DNA of 64,000 nt. It comes from Psychrobacillus sp. (GTDB taxonomy: Bacteria > Bacillota > Bacilli > Bacillales_A > Planococcaceae). The stretch covers positions 23,394 through 87,393 of the forward strand of contig NZ_JALDYF010000017.1 of assembly GCF_032154225.1 (NCBI RefSeq). The letters run 5' to 3'. Every line of letters starts with the position of its first letter. Position 1 is the stretch's first letter. A program made the position numbers and the translations under genes. Positions 1 to 9,654 of the stretch are shown here, in pieces. Under the pieces are notes generated by a model. The model saw only the letters and a program-made list of their open reading frames with translations. It was not told the origin of the DNA and made no database searches.

Positions 1-1
1 A

Positions 2-391
2 TTTCTCAATCAATCTGGTCTCTTAAGATTGATCATAAAAGTAAGTGATGACCCATATGCTTCCCTATCATTTGATGACAAAACAAAAGAGCAAATGAGA
101 ATGATTACGAATAAAAACATGAATAATGACACTACCTTGAATGAAATGAAAAATATTTCTTCTAATTTTAAAGGAGCTCAGCATTTAACATTTCCAAAAA
201 ACCTCCCTATTATTCTCTTTATACAAGAGAATAATGTAGATTTTGAAGACTGGACACCATTGCATGAAGGGCAAATCAAAGATTCTATACATGGGAAAGT
301 GATGGCACTTGAAGGAGGGCATTATCTACACCATACAAAATCAAAAGAAATCGCTGAAAGTTTCAGAGAATTTATGAAAGAAATTAAATAA
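2..391 (+). CDS. alpha/beta-hydrolase-like protein, C-terminal part (5' end outside window)
   Basis: The frame stays open to the window edge upstream of the listed ORF. The C-terminal EGGHYLHH motif resembles the catalytic-His region of alpha/beta hydrolases. A hairpin terminator follows. Confidence 0.4.
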   Translation, partial: FLNQSGLLRLIIKVSDDPYASLSFDDKTKEQMRMITNKNMNNDTTLNEMKNISSNFKGAQHLTFPKNLPIILFIQENNVDFEDWTPLHEGQIKDSIHGKVMALEGGHYLHHTKSKEIAESFREFMKEIK

Positions 392-428
392 GTGCACTGA
401 AAAGTTCTACTCACTTTCTGGTAAATGT

Positions 429-456
429 AAAAAACCGCCCTTTAGGACGGTTTTTT
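429..456 (+). terminator. rho-independent terminator
   Basis: aaaaccgccctttaggacggtttttt forms a GC stem followed by a T-run. Confidence 0.6.
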
Positions 457-559
457 CACTTTTTGTTCGTTTGAAATGCACGGGCTTTTTTAGGATAGAT
501 TTAGTTTTTATAAAAAAGAATGTTCCATCTTTATTATCTAAGGAAAATTCCATGCAGAA

Positions 560-972
560 TCATCCATTAATTGAATCCATTAACTGGAAGAAGTATTCAG
601 GTTTATGAGTCTTATTTAGGTTATACCATGAATCCAATGTATCTGGTGCAAATACATCTAATTTTTTCATTACTTCCATCGCAAATTCTAGAGGAGCTAC
701 TCCTGATGCAGTAACCAAATTTTCATCAGCTACTGCAAGGCCTATCTCATAAAATGCTTCATCAAGGGTAATAGCTGGTTTTATACTCAGCCCCCCATTG
801 TAGTAATAATTTCTTTAGTATTTCCTACTGTAACTAATTTTAAAGGCTCTAAATTTTTTTTGAAATATCTTCCTGAGTTTAGTTCAGCAATTAAATATCC
901 GTATTCCCAGTCTGACATTGTATTAAATACATAAAGATAAACTTTTCCTGGTTGCATCCAATAACACCCCAA
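560..972 (-). pseudogene. DJ-1/PfpI-like (class I glutamine amidotransferase-like) gene, frameshifted
   Basis: ORF 787..972 ends just after a G6 run (C6 on + strand, about 791-796). The reading continues in another frame (LSIKPAITLDEAFYEIGLAVADENLVTASGVAPLEF...) to a stop at 560-562. Confidence 0.55.
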
Positions 973-1032
973 TTACATTTGATACAGCCTATTGTAATAT
1001 AACTTCCCTGACAGCTAACGTCAGTGAAGTTA

Positions 1033-1995
1033 TCATATTTGATGAAATTGAATTAATTCCGACAGAACTTCAATGTATCTTTTCTTAAGACTTATTGGCT
1101 CAATAATTTGAATAGATTTATTGTACGGTAAAAGTAAGTGAGGTACATACGTATGTATTATATCTTTTTCAAGAAGGAATACTGCTTGATCTGAATTCCG
1201 TTCCTGTAGGTAATTCGCTAAAAACCAGTGTTGACAAACATCATCCAACGCACTTTTATTTCCTTTAATAACTAAGGAAATAATTCCTTCCTCATCTTCC
1301 ATAGTGGGGAGAAGATTTTTCAAAAAAAGGTCCTGCGCCGAAAATTTTTCTATCCGTTTAAATTTATTTCCAGTTAGCATTAGACTTTCAATTCGCTCCA
1401 CTCTAAAACTGCGTATATCATTCCTAAGATGACAAAACCCAATCACATACCACTTATTATTCCAATAAATAATTCTGTATGGATCAACCACTCTATACTT
1501 TGATTGTTCTTCTCCACTTTTATAGTATCGAATTTTTACAGAGCATCCGTCAGCTGTGGCCCGCTCCAACTCCTTCAAGAATGGTCCCAGCGAAAGTGAT
1601 CCCATTCGACTTATCACTTCAAGACTGGCCAAATGTTGGTTTACCTTTTTTCCCTGCTCTTTGTTACAGTATTTGCTTAACTTTGAAACAGCCCTATTTA
1701 GTGCTTCTCCTCCATAATATCCTGCTTCTTCTGCAAAAACAGCAGCATGAAATAGTGATGTTTGCTCCTCAAAATCAAAAAAAAGAGGGGCTTCAATAAA
1801 ATTATTCAATAAAGTATATCCACCGTTATGTCCTGCGTCTGAAATTATTGGTACACCACTTATTGAAAGTGTATCAATATAACGATACACAGTCCTTATA
1901 TTCATCTCTAACTTTTCAGAAATTTGTTTCGCAGTAATTTTTTCACCTGAACTAAGCATCCATAAAATCGCTAGCATATTGTCAATTTTCGGCAT
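1033..1995 (-). CDS. HTH + WYL-domain transcriptional regulator (YafY-like)
   Basis: N-terminal ITAKQISEKLEMNIRTVYRYIDTL wHTH. Central YRVVDPYRIIYWNNKWYVIGFCHLRNDIRSFRVERI WYL-type motif. Confidence 0.75.
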   Translation of the reverse strand: MPKIDNMLAILWMLSSGEKITAKQISEKLEMNIRTVYRYIDTLSISGVPIISDAGHNGGYTLLNNFIEAPLFFDFEEQTSLFHAAVFAEEAGYYGGEALNRAVSKLSKYCNKEQGKKVNQHLASLEVISRMGSLSLGPFLKELERATADGCSVKIRYYKSGEEQSKYRVVDPYRIIYWNNKWYVIGFCHLRNDIRSFRVERIESLMLTGNKFKRIEKFSAQDLFLKNLLPTMEDEEGIISLVIKGNKSALDDVCQHWFLANYLQERNSDQAVFLLEKDIIHTYVPHLLLPYNKSIQIIEPISLKKRYIEVLSELIQFHQI

Positions 1996-2200
1996 ATTAA
2001 ACCGCCCCTATAAAGGATTTATTGTCTATTGAATCGTCAACAGACCTTTTATTCTTTAGTTAATTTCCTCTGGTCCATATTGCCACCAACCATCAAAACC
2101 TCTATATTCATACTTTAAAAATCCTAGGGGATCTACTACTTCATGTATATCTAAAATAACAACGACTTTTGTCGGTTCACTAATATTAAAATAAGCTATA

Positions 2201-2533
2201 CTATCCTCTTTTTTTTCCACCATTTTCAATGTAATAGTTCAAATATAAACTTATATCACTTCCTTTTATTTCTTTGCTGTTTCCTGTTATTTTTGCAGTT
2301 CCCCCAGGTTCTAGACTTTTTACTGTTCCTACCTCTGTAGAGTTGCTATATAGAAACTTGAGATCAGGTAGCGCTTTATTACTTAAGTTATTTACCTCAA
2401 TAGTAACTCCTGAATCATATTTTCTATATTCTCCTTGTACTTTCATTTCGAGAAAGTAAAAAAATAAATATATAGTTATTAGGAAGAAAAATACCGCTAG
2501 AGATATAAAAATAAATATTTTGAGTTTCTTCAT
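2201..2533 (-). CDS. small membrane-anchored hypothetical protein
   Basis: The probable start is the internal MKKLKIFIFISLAVFFFLITIYLFFYF, which contains one TM helix. No recognisable domain. Confidence 0.4.
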   Translation of the reverse strand: MKKLKIFIFISLAVFFFLITIYLFFYFLEMKVQGEYRKYDSGVTIEVNNLSNKALPDLKFLYSNSTEVGTVKSLEPGGTAKITGNSKEIKGSDISLYLNYYIENGGKKRG

Positions 2534-2568
2534 TAAAAAAGCCCCTTCCAGCGCTGGCACAAAAAGTT

Positions 2569-3276
2569 TTAACACCTTACATGCCTGCGTTTAAAACCAA
2601 TCCTTCCTCTATCGACTTCCTTTTGAATACTTTCGTAAGCGTTTAGGAAACCGCTTTTTTTCTCTTCCTTTTTGACTTCTACTATACCTATTGCCTTTGC
2701 AGTTTCGACTGCCTTTTCATGGAGCGGTAAATAAGAAGTCCCCACAGTGTATACAAAATTATTCATAGCGGATTTCGCTCGTTCTGGCGAATCATGAATC
2801 GTATTTTGTACCATATCAAGCATATTGGAAATCTTACTTTCTGAAAACTCAACGTCTTTCCGATTCCCTAAAAGCCAACAGTAACAACTCCAGCCCGCTG
2901 ACATTCTCAGCTCTTCTCCGCTTGCAATCCATTTATCACCAACTTCTTGTGCAATATCTGACTCCGATAACGTTACGGCCACTACATAATCGGACAGCAT
3001 ATAAAAATACGCTGCATCAATCCAACGGTCATAATCTGACTCCGTCATAGCTTTTGGGTCTGCAATAATGCCTGCAAAGTACATCGCATCGTAGTTACCT
3101 GTGGCATAAAGCTCTTCAGCTAAAGGCTGATTAATTTTTATTTTTTTAAAGATTGGTTTCATTGCACCTGTAGCCACACCAAAAAGTGGCTCATGCGCAC
3201 CATTGGATATATACATTTTTTTACTTCGTTCCTTGCCAAGCTCTTCAAGCTCCTGCATAACCATTTCTAAATTCAT
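2569..3276 (-). CDS. DNA alkylation repair-like (HEAT-repeat) protein
   Basis: Sequence pattern (GAHEPLFGV..MKPIFKKIK..ELYATGNYDAMYFAGIIADPKAMT) recalled from proteins usually annotated as DNA alkylation repair protein. Family assignment is from memory only. Confidence 0.45.
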   Translation of the reverse strand: MNLEMVMQELEELGKERSKKMYISNGAHEPLFGVATGAMKPIFKKIKINQPLAEELYATGNYDAMYFAGIIADPKAMTESDYDRWIDAAYFYMLSDYVVAVTLSESDIAQEVGDKWIASGEELRMSAGWSCYCWLLGNRKDVEFSESKISNMLDMVQNTIHDSPERAKSAMNNFVYTVGTSYLPLHEKAVETAKAIGIVEVKKEEKKSGFLNAYESIQKEVDRGRIGFKRRHVRC

Positions 3277-3348
3277 CGATTAGCACTTCCTTCTTTTTGG
3301 ATTTTTCCTCTTAATGTTTTACTTCAACATTAAGAAAACTAACGTTTT

Positions 3349-4386
3349 TTAAGACATAAGGGATTTATATATTTCTCCTATAATCCCCTCCATTTGATGA
3401 ACACCTAACTCTGCATTTGTCATTATGACTGCGCCTTTCTCTAAATTTGGAAAAGCCACCATCATACATTGAAAGCCTACTCCCCAACCTAATGATGTGA
3501 TTTCAAGTTCTTTTTCCGAACCCTCTAAAAACACACCAAGACCAGTCCACTCCTTTCCTAACTGAGGTGTAATCATTTCTTTTGCTAAATTTGCAGAAAT
3601 TCCAATCCTACTTTTCCCTTTTAGTGCGTTCATTAATTCAATGACCAACTGAGCTAGATCTAAAGAAGTTGTCCAAAGTCCAGAAGCAGCTGGGTAGGGA
3701 TATATAGGATATTTTCCTTCTACTAAATCTCCGTGTTTGTTATGACCACAAGAGAAATCATCTTTTTTCGTTTCTGAGGTTATTGTATCTAATGTGCTGT
3801 TTTCCATATTTAATGGTTTAAATATTCGTTCGTGCATAACCTGCCTAAACGGTTTTTCCGTGACGTCTTCTACTAGTTGCTGAATGATACAAAATCCTGC
3901 ATCTGAATAGTGAAATTCACTATCAGGTTCATACTTCACTTCAATTGGGTATTTACAATAAGATGTTTTCCCATTTAATAATTCAACCATTGAGGGTATG
4001 CCTAACAGCGAATTAAGATCAGTGAAGCTATTTTCTGGGTCTATAATTCCAGATTGATGACTAAGTAGGTTTCGTAGTGTAATTCTTTTATTTTTCGTTA
4101 ATTTATTATCAGGTACTTTCCACGATACAAGCCTTTCGTTTACATCCTCATCTAAATCAAGAAGACCTTGTTCCGTTAATTCCACAACTAGCATTCCAGT
4201 TAAGAATTTACTGATAGAACAAGCACTAAAACTAGAATTTCTATTTACATTTTTAGTGCTTCCTGTCTCTAACAAACCATCGTTTACTGTATTTTTTATT
4301 TGACCCTTTTCAATTAATGTAACACTTAAACCCGGCACTTTATAATGCTCCATACGCGCTTTAATGTTTATATTCTTCAATTCCAT
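3349..4386 (-). CDS. serine hydrolase, beta-lactamase/PBP4*-like family
   Basis: SxxK motif (CSISKF). Start placed at MELKNINIKARMEHYKVPGL, preceded by AGGAGG. Confidence 0.7.
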   Translation of the reverse strand: MELKNINIKARMEHYKVPGLSVTLIEKGQIKNTVNDGLLETGSTKNVNRNSSFSACSISKFLTGMLVVELTEQGLLDLDEDVNERLVSWKVPDNKLTKNKRITLRNLLSHQSGIIDPENSFTDLNSLLGIPSMVELLNGKTSYCKYPIEVKYEPDSEFHYSDAGFCIIQQLVEDVTEKPFRQVMHERIFKPLNMENSTLDTITSETKKDDFSCGHNKHGDLVEGKYPIYPYPAASGLWTTSLDLAQLVIELMNALKGKSRIGISANLAKEMITPQLGKEWTGLGVFLEGSEKELEITSLGWGVGFQCMMVAFPNLEKGAVIMTNAELGVHQMEGIIGEIYKSLMS

Positions 4387-4468
4387 ATTAATCCTCCTAT
4401 TCAAGTTTCCATAAGAGTACATTAACACGAACACACGTTCCTTGTATATATTTGGAGAGGTAATAATT

Positions 4469-4928
4469 TCATATTGCGCCCTTACAGAACTTTTTCAAAA
4501 TAACCATATGTTTTAGTTGTTCTCCGTTTTCAAAAATAGGATGGTCATAATTTTCAGTGAAAAAATTTTCTATTTGATGAGAGATAACAAAGCCACAAGA
4601 TTTACAAAAAGGAATTGTTAAAGGACTGTCACCAGTTCCTACATACATCGTATGTCCTTTGCTTTGATAATGTTTAAAAATATATTGGACCATTTTCTTG
4701 CCATAACCTTTTCCTTGATATAAAGGATCAGTGGCAAGGTTTTTTATTTCAAAATTGCCTTCTCCTTCATCAGTTACGACACATACTACTTTAACTCAAC
4801 CATCATCCAAAACGTACATTTCTCCTCTATTCAAGTAAAGATCGATCATACTTTCCTGTTCATCTGCAGGTAACAACAATTCTAAAAACTGTTTCTTTTT
4901 ATCAATAAGTTTGCCTTATAATAATCAT
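4469..4928 (-). pseudogene. GNAT-family N-acetyltransferase, disrupted
   Basis: The upstream frame reads DKKKQFLELLLPADEQESMIDLYLNRGEMYVLDDG-TGA-VKVVCVVTDEGEGNFEIKNLATDPLYQGKGYGKKMVQYIF, with the in-frame stop at 4796-4798. There is also a frame break near the N-terminus (MIIIRQTY*). Confidence 0.6.
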
Positions 4929-5096
4929 TTTTAACTCCTTAAAATGCCCTTTTGTTAACTGTTTAAACACTCTTTTTTATTATACAAAAGAAACAGGAAA
5001 AGATGTTTTTAAACAAATTATTCGCTATACTATGCGTTGCGTAGTATGATGTATCAACAAGTACTACTATTGGAACTTCTAGCAAAGGGTGATGAT

Positions 5097-5414
5097 ATGG
5101 ATATACAATTAAAACGTGGATTGCTTGAAGTTTGCGTGTTAACCGTTCTTGCAAAAGAGGACTCATATGGATACAAAATAGTTAAAGATTTATCGGAACA
5201 TATTGAGATTGCGGAATCCACACTATATCCAATTTTAAAGCGGTTGGAGGCTCAGGATTGTGTTTCAGTTTATATGGTTGAACACAATAGCCGATTGCGA
5301 AAGTATTACAAAATAAAGCAACAAGGTAAAGAAAAAATTCATGACTTTCTAAATGATTGGGAGTCTGTTTTAGCACTACATAAATTTGTAAAGGAGGGAG
5401 CAGAATATGAATAA
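5097..5414 (+). CDS. PadR-family transcriptional regulator
   Basis: MDIQLKRGLLEVCVLTVLAKEDSYGYKIVKDL...LYPILKRLE is a canonical PadR wHTH. It is the first gene of a PadR-DUF1700-DUF4097 type operon. Confidence 0.8.
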   Translation: MDIQLKRGLLEVCVLTVLAKEDSYGYKIVKDLSEHIEIAESTLYPILKRLEAQDCVSVYMVEHNSRLRKYYKIKQQGKEKIHDFLNDWESVLALHKFVKEGAEYE

Positions 5415-5979
5415 ATCAGAATTCTTGGCAGAACTCGCCACTAAACTTAATGCACTACCTCAAAGTGAAATGAACAAATCTCTTGCGTATTACTCAGAAA
5501 TAATTGACGATCGTATGGAAGATGGAATGAGTGAAGTAGATGCGGTATGTGGCCTTGGAAACGTTGAAGAAATTGCACAAGAAGAAATGATTGAAGCTAC
5601 ACCTCTACCTAAGCTCATAATTCCTAGTCGACCACTTTCTAAATTAGAAATTGTACTCTTATTTATCTGTTCACCATTAATCATTACTTTATTGGCACTA
5701 ATATTGGCATTTTATGCGACTGTTTGGTTAGTGATTATCTCGTTATTTTTGCTCGATTTTTCCTTTGCCTTGGCAGGTGTAGCTGGAATTATTGCTTCGA
5801 TCGTTGATTTCCGTAGTAATATTCCAATTAGTTTACTTATGTTTATTTGCAGTTTGATTTCTATTGGTATTGGTATAGTTGCATTTAAACCAATTAAAAT
5901 CGTTTCTAATAAAATATTGGGACTGACTACATGGGTTGTTAAAAATATCAAATTAAAATTAATAAGAAAGAGGTTATAA
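5407..5979 (+). CDS. DUF1700-like membrane protein
   Basis: N-terminal MNKSEFLAELATKLNALPQSEMNKSLAYYSEII pattern followed by C-terminal TM helices. The start overlaps the padR stop. Confidence 0.65.
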   Translation: MNKSEFLAELATKLNALPQSEMNKSLAYYSEIIDDRMEDGMSEVDAVCGLGNVEEIAQEEMIEATPLPKLIIPSRPLSKLEIVLLFICSPLIITLLALILAFYATVWLVIISLFLLDFSFALAGVAGIIASIVDFRSNIPISLLMFICSLISIGIGIVAFKPIKIVSNKILGLTTWVVKNIKLKLIRKRL

Positions 5980-5982
5980 TTT

Positions 5983-6780
5983 ATGAAAAATACTTTTAAG
6001 AAAGCTGCCGCTGTTTGTGTTACTCTTGGCTTAGTATTCTTTATTTCCGCTTGTGCCACGCAAAAAGAGTCAATTTCTTACGAAGAGAAAAGTTATTCGA
6101 TAGACGCGGACAAGGTTACGCAAATATCTCTGTCTGATAGAGATCGTAAGGTTGAACTGGTAGAATCAATGGACAGTAAGATTCATATTACTTATTTTGA
6201 GAGTGATAAGGAATCCTATGAAGTTAATATTACCGAAGAAAACGAATTAGTAATGAAATTGGTTACTGACAAGGATTGGAAAGACTATGTGGGGCTGGAC
6301 ACAGATAAAGCTTATCGCTTAGTACAGATAGCTGTTCCAAGTGGTATTTCTAGCGGGGTAAACATAATTACATCTAAAGCTAATATTATTCTATCTGATG
6401 TAAACATTGATGGTTCGGTTGAAGCAACAACTTCAGACGGTAGTATAGAAATTACTAATGCTTCGGTTAGCGATAATTTGAAACTGAAAAACAAAAATGA
6501 TGATATTATTTTGTCCGGTGTAAATGCAGTAGGTTCCATCGATGCAACCATTTCAAATGGTAATATAGAAGTGACAAAAGTTGCGGTGGACAAGGCACTT
6601 AAATTGAAAACAAAAAATGGAGATATTACTGGAACTATTATAGGCTCATATGATGCATTTAATATTACTAGCGATGCTTCCAAAGGTAAAAATAATCTGC
6701 CCGAAAATAAAAGCAGTGGTGATAAGACGTTAGAAGTCAGCGCAAATAATGGTGATATAAATCTCGAATTTGTGGATTAA
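5983..6780 (+). CDS. lipoprotein with DUF4097-like repetitive beta-solenoid domain
   Basis: Lipobox FISAC. Repeated S/T-DG-SIE-I/V-T-N units (GSVEATTSDGSIEITNASV, GSIDATISNGNIEVTKVAV, NGDITGTI, NGDINLEF). Confidence 0.65.
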   Translation: MKNTFKKAAAVCVTLGLVFFISACATQKESISYEEKSYSIDADKVTQISLSDRDRKVELVESMDSKIHITYFESDKESYEVNITEENELVMKLVTDKDWKDYVGLDTDKAYRLVQIAVPSGISSGVNIITSKANIILSDVNIDGSVEATTSDGSIEITNASVSDNLKLKNKNDDIILSGVNAVGSIDATISNGNIEVTKVAVDKALKLKTKNGDITGTIIGSYDAFNITSDASKGKNNLPENKSSGDKTLEVSANNGDINLEFVD

Positions 6781-6812
6781 TCGTTTACAGTGAGTTTTGA
6801 GATAAATAAATT

Positions 6813-6850
6813 ACCCCCTTTGTATAACTATATCCAAAGGGGGTATTTAT
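6813..6850 (+). terminator. rho-independent terminator
   Basis: accccctttg ... caaagggggt forms a 10-bp stem followed by a T-rich tract. Confidence 0.7.
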
Positions 6851-6980
6851 TCGCAACTTTTTATAAATGGTACGACTCTTCTACAAATCTACAACAATTA
6901 GGGCTTTAAAATAAACATGGTTAAAATTTTGATTAATAGAATCGAATAAGAACATAATACTTGACTATACAAAAGATTAT

Positions 6981-7760
6981 TTAGTTACCGCCCCAAAATC
7001 CATATTCATATTTAGAAAAGTCTATCTTATGATTCAAGAATTTTTGAATGAATACAGCTTGCTTATTAGTTATTTCAAATGAACCAATTACCGGATGGTC
7101 TTTTGATAGATTAAATATTTTACGAAATTCATCTATATGAATATCAGTAATTTCCTCCTCACCTACAACCAATTTATGCTCATCTTTTTGTTCATTCCAT
7201 TGAACCGTTCTAGTTGTTTCTTCCTCAGAGAAATAATATGGTGACTTTGTTTCCTCTACGAATAGTCCACTTTCGTTTGCAAATTTTATGGATGATGGAC
7301 ACTTTGTACTTGAACCAATATACATATAATAATCCCAACCAAAATCTACAAAAAATGCACCTTTTGAATACAACTGGCAGCTTACAAAATTCCTTAAAAT
7401 CATTTTGCAAATAATACGAATTTCATTTTCATTCAGCTCTTTGTCTTCCTGTAAATCCATTTCATCAAATTCTGTTTCATACAAGATGGAAACCTTATCT
7501 TCCTTGGAAACATCCATTTTAGTTAATTGTAAAATTCTCAAAGAACTAAGTCCATATTCACTTAAAAAAGTCATTACGGTATTTACATAGGCCGTCTCAA
7601 CACCGAGATATTCAACTAAAGTGAATTCTTTTCCATCTATTACTTTTCCAATTTCAGAAGGACACGTCCACTCTTTTTGTAGGGTGTAGTATCCATCTTC
7701 ATCTCTGAAAGCAGGGTTGTATTTCGTTATTCTCCACTGATAATTTATTAGATTTGACAT
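6981..7760 (-). CDS. hypothetical protein
   Basis: Long ORF with a coherent protein-like sequence and no domain I recognise. The start is uncertain (TTG 7781 or ATG 7760). Confidence 0.5.
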   Translation of the reverse strand: MSNLINYQWRITKYNPAFRDEDGYYTLQKEWTCPSEIGKVIDGKEFTLVEYLGVETAYVNTVMTFLSEYGLSSLRILQLTKMDVSKEDKVSILYETEFDEMDLQEDKELNENEIRIICKMILRNFVSCQLYSKGAFFVDFGWDYYMYIGSSTKCPSSIKFANESGLFVEETKSPYYFSEEETTRTVQWNEQKDEHKLVVGEEEITDIHIDEFRKIFNLSKDHPVIGSFEITNKQAVFIQKFLNHKIDFSKYEYGFWGGN

Positions 7761-8093
7761 TGTACTAGAGCATCCTCCCAAACAAAACTGCGACTTAATA
7801 ATCTACTAACTAAAAAGAGACCAAAAAATATAAGTTATTTTTGGTCTTGGATTAAGTATAAGAAAAATACTTTATCGGTAAAATTGTCCACTAATTCGTG
7901 AAATTATCGATATTACCAGCGTCGTGTGCCCTCATATCCCTTTTTATATCTTCCAATTCCTGCATTTCTTTTTGGCTTCTCACCGGCTTCTTATTGCTTT
8001 TTTCTTCACGCATTTCTAACAATACGCTTAATGCTACTAATATCACCACTATAGCTACAAGAAATACCCAAATCAGCTTCCACTCCCCCTTTT

Positions 8094-8142
8094 AATGTGC
8101 TTGTTAATACATTATACGGTTCTTACTGAAATTAGTTTCACA
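8094..8142. repeat. 49-bp direct repeat, copy 1 (flanks DUF1801 gene)
   Basis: 46/49 identical to 8669..8717 (aatgtgcttgttaata.attata.ggttcttact.aaattagtttcaca). Confidence 0.85.
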
Positions 8143-8211
8143 TCGAGTAGCTCCTGACCTGTACGTTCTGCGGTGCAATTAACCTGGCATTAAACACTAA
8201 TCGCCCATTTT

Positions 8212-8583
8212 TTATTTCCGCCAAAAAGTTGGGCAGCCTGCCTTATCCAAAATATTAAACTCAATCATTTTTTCAAGTAATGAAAAATCAACTGGACCGT
8301 CCCATGGGATACGTACCAACTGCTTGGTGTGATCATAACCCGCCTGCACAATTTCTTCTGTAAAATGAATAATTCCCGCATTTTCAGGGGCAACAGCCAA
8401 ATGTTTTTTAGAAATGCTAAAACCTATAATATATGTTTCGTGATCGGTAAACATAGGCTGATTCCACGCAATTTTTGGTTTTAAGTTTGGAAATTCCCTA
8501 GTAACCCAAGACAAAACTTCTTTCGTTCGTTCCATATGTTGTGGATTATCAATTTGCGATAAATATTCTGCAAAAGCTTCCAT
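8212..8583 (-). CDS. DUF1801 (YdhG-like) domain protein
   Basis: Pattern KIAWNQPMFTDHETYIIGFSISKKHLAVAPE, family recalled by eye. Confidence 0.55.
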   Translation of the reverse strand: MEAFAEYLSQIDNPQHMERTKEVLSWVTREFPNLKPKIAWNQPMFTDHETYIIGFSISKKHLAVAPENAGIIHFTEEIVQAGYDHTKQLVRIPWDGPVDFSLLEKMIEFNILDKAGCPTFWRK

Positions 8584-8668
8584 GTCATTCTCCCCTAAGG
8601 TAAAGTTTATTTTAATACGATGTAAATTTTAGTGCCATAATTTACGGCGCAAGGCACCCAAACTATTC

Positions 8669-8717
8669 AATGTGCTTGTTAATATATTATAAGGTTCTTA
8701 CTAAAATTAGTTTCACA
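8669..8717. repeat. 49-bp direct repeat, copy 2
   Basis: See 8094..8142. Confidence 0.85.
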
Positions 8718-8739
8718 AATGCGGTGACTGGCACGCAAA

Positions 8740-9249
8740 CTAATCCTCCCAATAAAAAATAGCATCCTTGACTAAATAATTTCTAGGTTCACTATATATC
8801 GTTGAAATTTTCGTTGAAAAAGACAAAGGTTGATTCACTTTTTCAGCCTCTAACAGTTCATAATCAAACTCTTTTAAAACTTGTTTCAATTCTCTTTCAA
8901 TTGTTTGGAATTTCTCACTTAAATTTAATAGATTTGGACCTCCAAGTAAAGAACAATATGCCCCACCAACTACTTCATTCGTTTCAATACGAATTGTTTT
9001 ATTCCTGCCATCTTCGCCAATGATTGCTACAGGCGCTAAACGACAAATATCAATAATAAACCCCTTCTGCCTTTACCGTTCTCTGACCGTGCTTCTCTTC
9101 TACGACTACAACATCTTCTTTTTGATAACAAAAAAATTCAACAAAAGATGCATATCCACTGCCAAAATGATTCCACTCTGCTTCACATTCCAAATTACGA
9201 ATACGATTTCCCCTTCAATTAAGTCTTGTAATTGTTCATTAGAAAACAT
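8740..9249 (-). pseudogene. hypothetical gene broken by at least two frameshifts
   Basis: GGAGG RBS plus ATG at 9249 (MFSNEQLQDLIEGE...). The reading continues in a second frame (NLECEAEWNHFGSGYASFVEFFCYQKEDVVVVEEKHGQRTVKAEGVYY*). It then continues in a third frame (ICRLAPVAIIGEDGRNKTIRIETNEVVGGAY...AIFYWED*). Confidence 0.5.
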
Positions 9250-9360
9250 ACAGAGCCTCCCCTTTTATCTTTTATTTTAGTAGCTAGTTAAGTCAAAAGT
9301 ACTTCGGAAAATCCAAAGTGGATGTTTTAATTGGAAACTAATTGAGAAGCTAATTTTGGA

Positions 9361-9441
9361 TTATATCAAATAATAGTAAACTGACCCGAATATTACTACA
9401 CAGACAACAATAATCAAGTAAAGCATCTTTCTGTTTCTCAT
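9361..9441 (-). CDS. possible 26-aa hydrophobic peptide
   Basis: AAGGAG, then 8 nt, then ATG. Translation MRNRKMLYLIIVVCVVIFGSVYYYLI. Below the ORF-track cutoff. Confidence 0.3.
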   Translation of the reverse strand: MRNRKMLYLIIVVCVVIFGSVYYYLI

Positions 9442-9476
9442 AAACTTTTCTCCTTACAGCTTTCTTGATTTTGTTT

Positions 9477-9605
9477 TCAATTTACGGTGCCAGGTACCCA
9501 CACTATTTGCAACTTATCAATTAATATATTAAACAAAAATACAAAAACGAGAACAATTGTAAAAGATCCGATAAAATTCTTAGAGTAAACCTGTTGTATA
9601 TCCAT
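9477..9605 (-). CDS. possible 42-aa membrane peptide
   Basis: AAAGAGG RBS. Translation MDIQQVYSKNFIGSFTIVLVFVFLFNILIDKLQIVWVPGTVN. The 3' end lies inside a thrice-repeated intergenic module. Confidence 0.3.
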   Translation of the reverse strand: MDIQQVYSKNFIGSFTIVLVFVFLFNILIDKLQIVWVPGTVN

Positions 9606-9654
9606 ACCTATACCTCTTTCTGTTTATATTTCTATTTACAGGCACCCAAACTAT

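Noticed and set aside
1479-1799. Antisense ORFs inside longer genes. This one and similar cases: 2274..2459, 5182..5376, 5490..5684, 5712..6059, 6312..6683, 7214..7590, 10220..10973, 16867..17211, 17772..17981, 19248..20162, 22560..23135, 24944..25843, 27040..27366, 38311..39625, 44346..46265, 50060..50695, 53749..54923, 55660..56976, 58395..60530, 62191..63103 and 63552..63755
   Set aside because: Each is shorter than, and embedded in, an opposite-strand or alternate-frame gene with recognisable family motifs. None has independent support.
7898-8095. 65-aa + strand ORF
   Set aside because: It has low-complexity, unconvincing composition. The opposite strand reads a more protein-like small TM peptide (WKLIWVFLVAIVVILVALSVLLEMREEKSNKKP...) after a GGGGGAG box, but that frame has no canonical start codon, so I called neither.
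8802-9280. Two + strand ORFs (73 and 86 aa)
   Set aside because: They are antisense to the frameshifted minus-strand pseudogene, which has a clear RBS/ATG and protein-like sequence.
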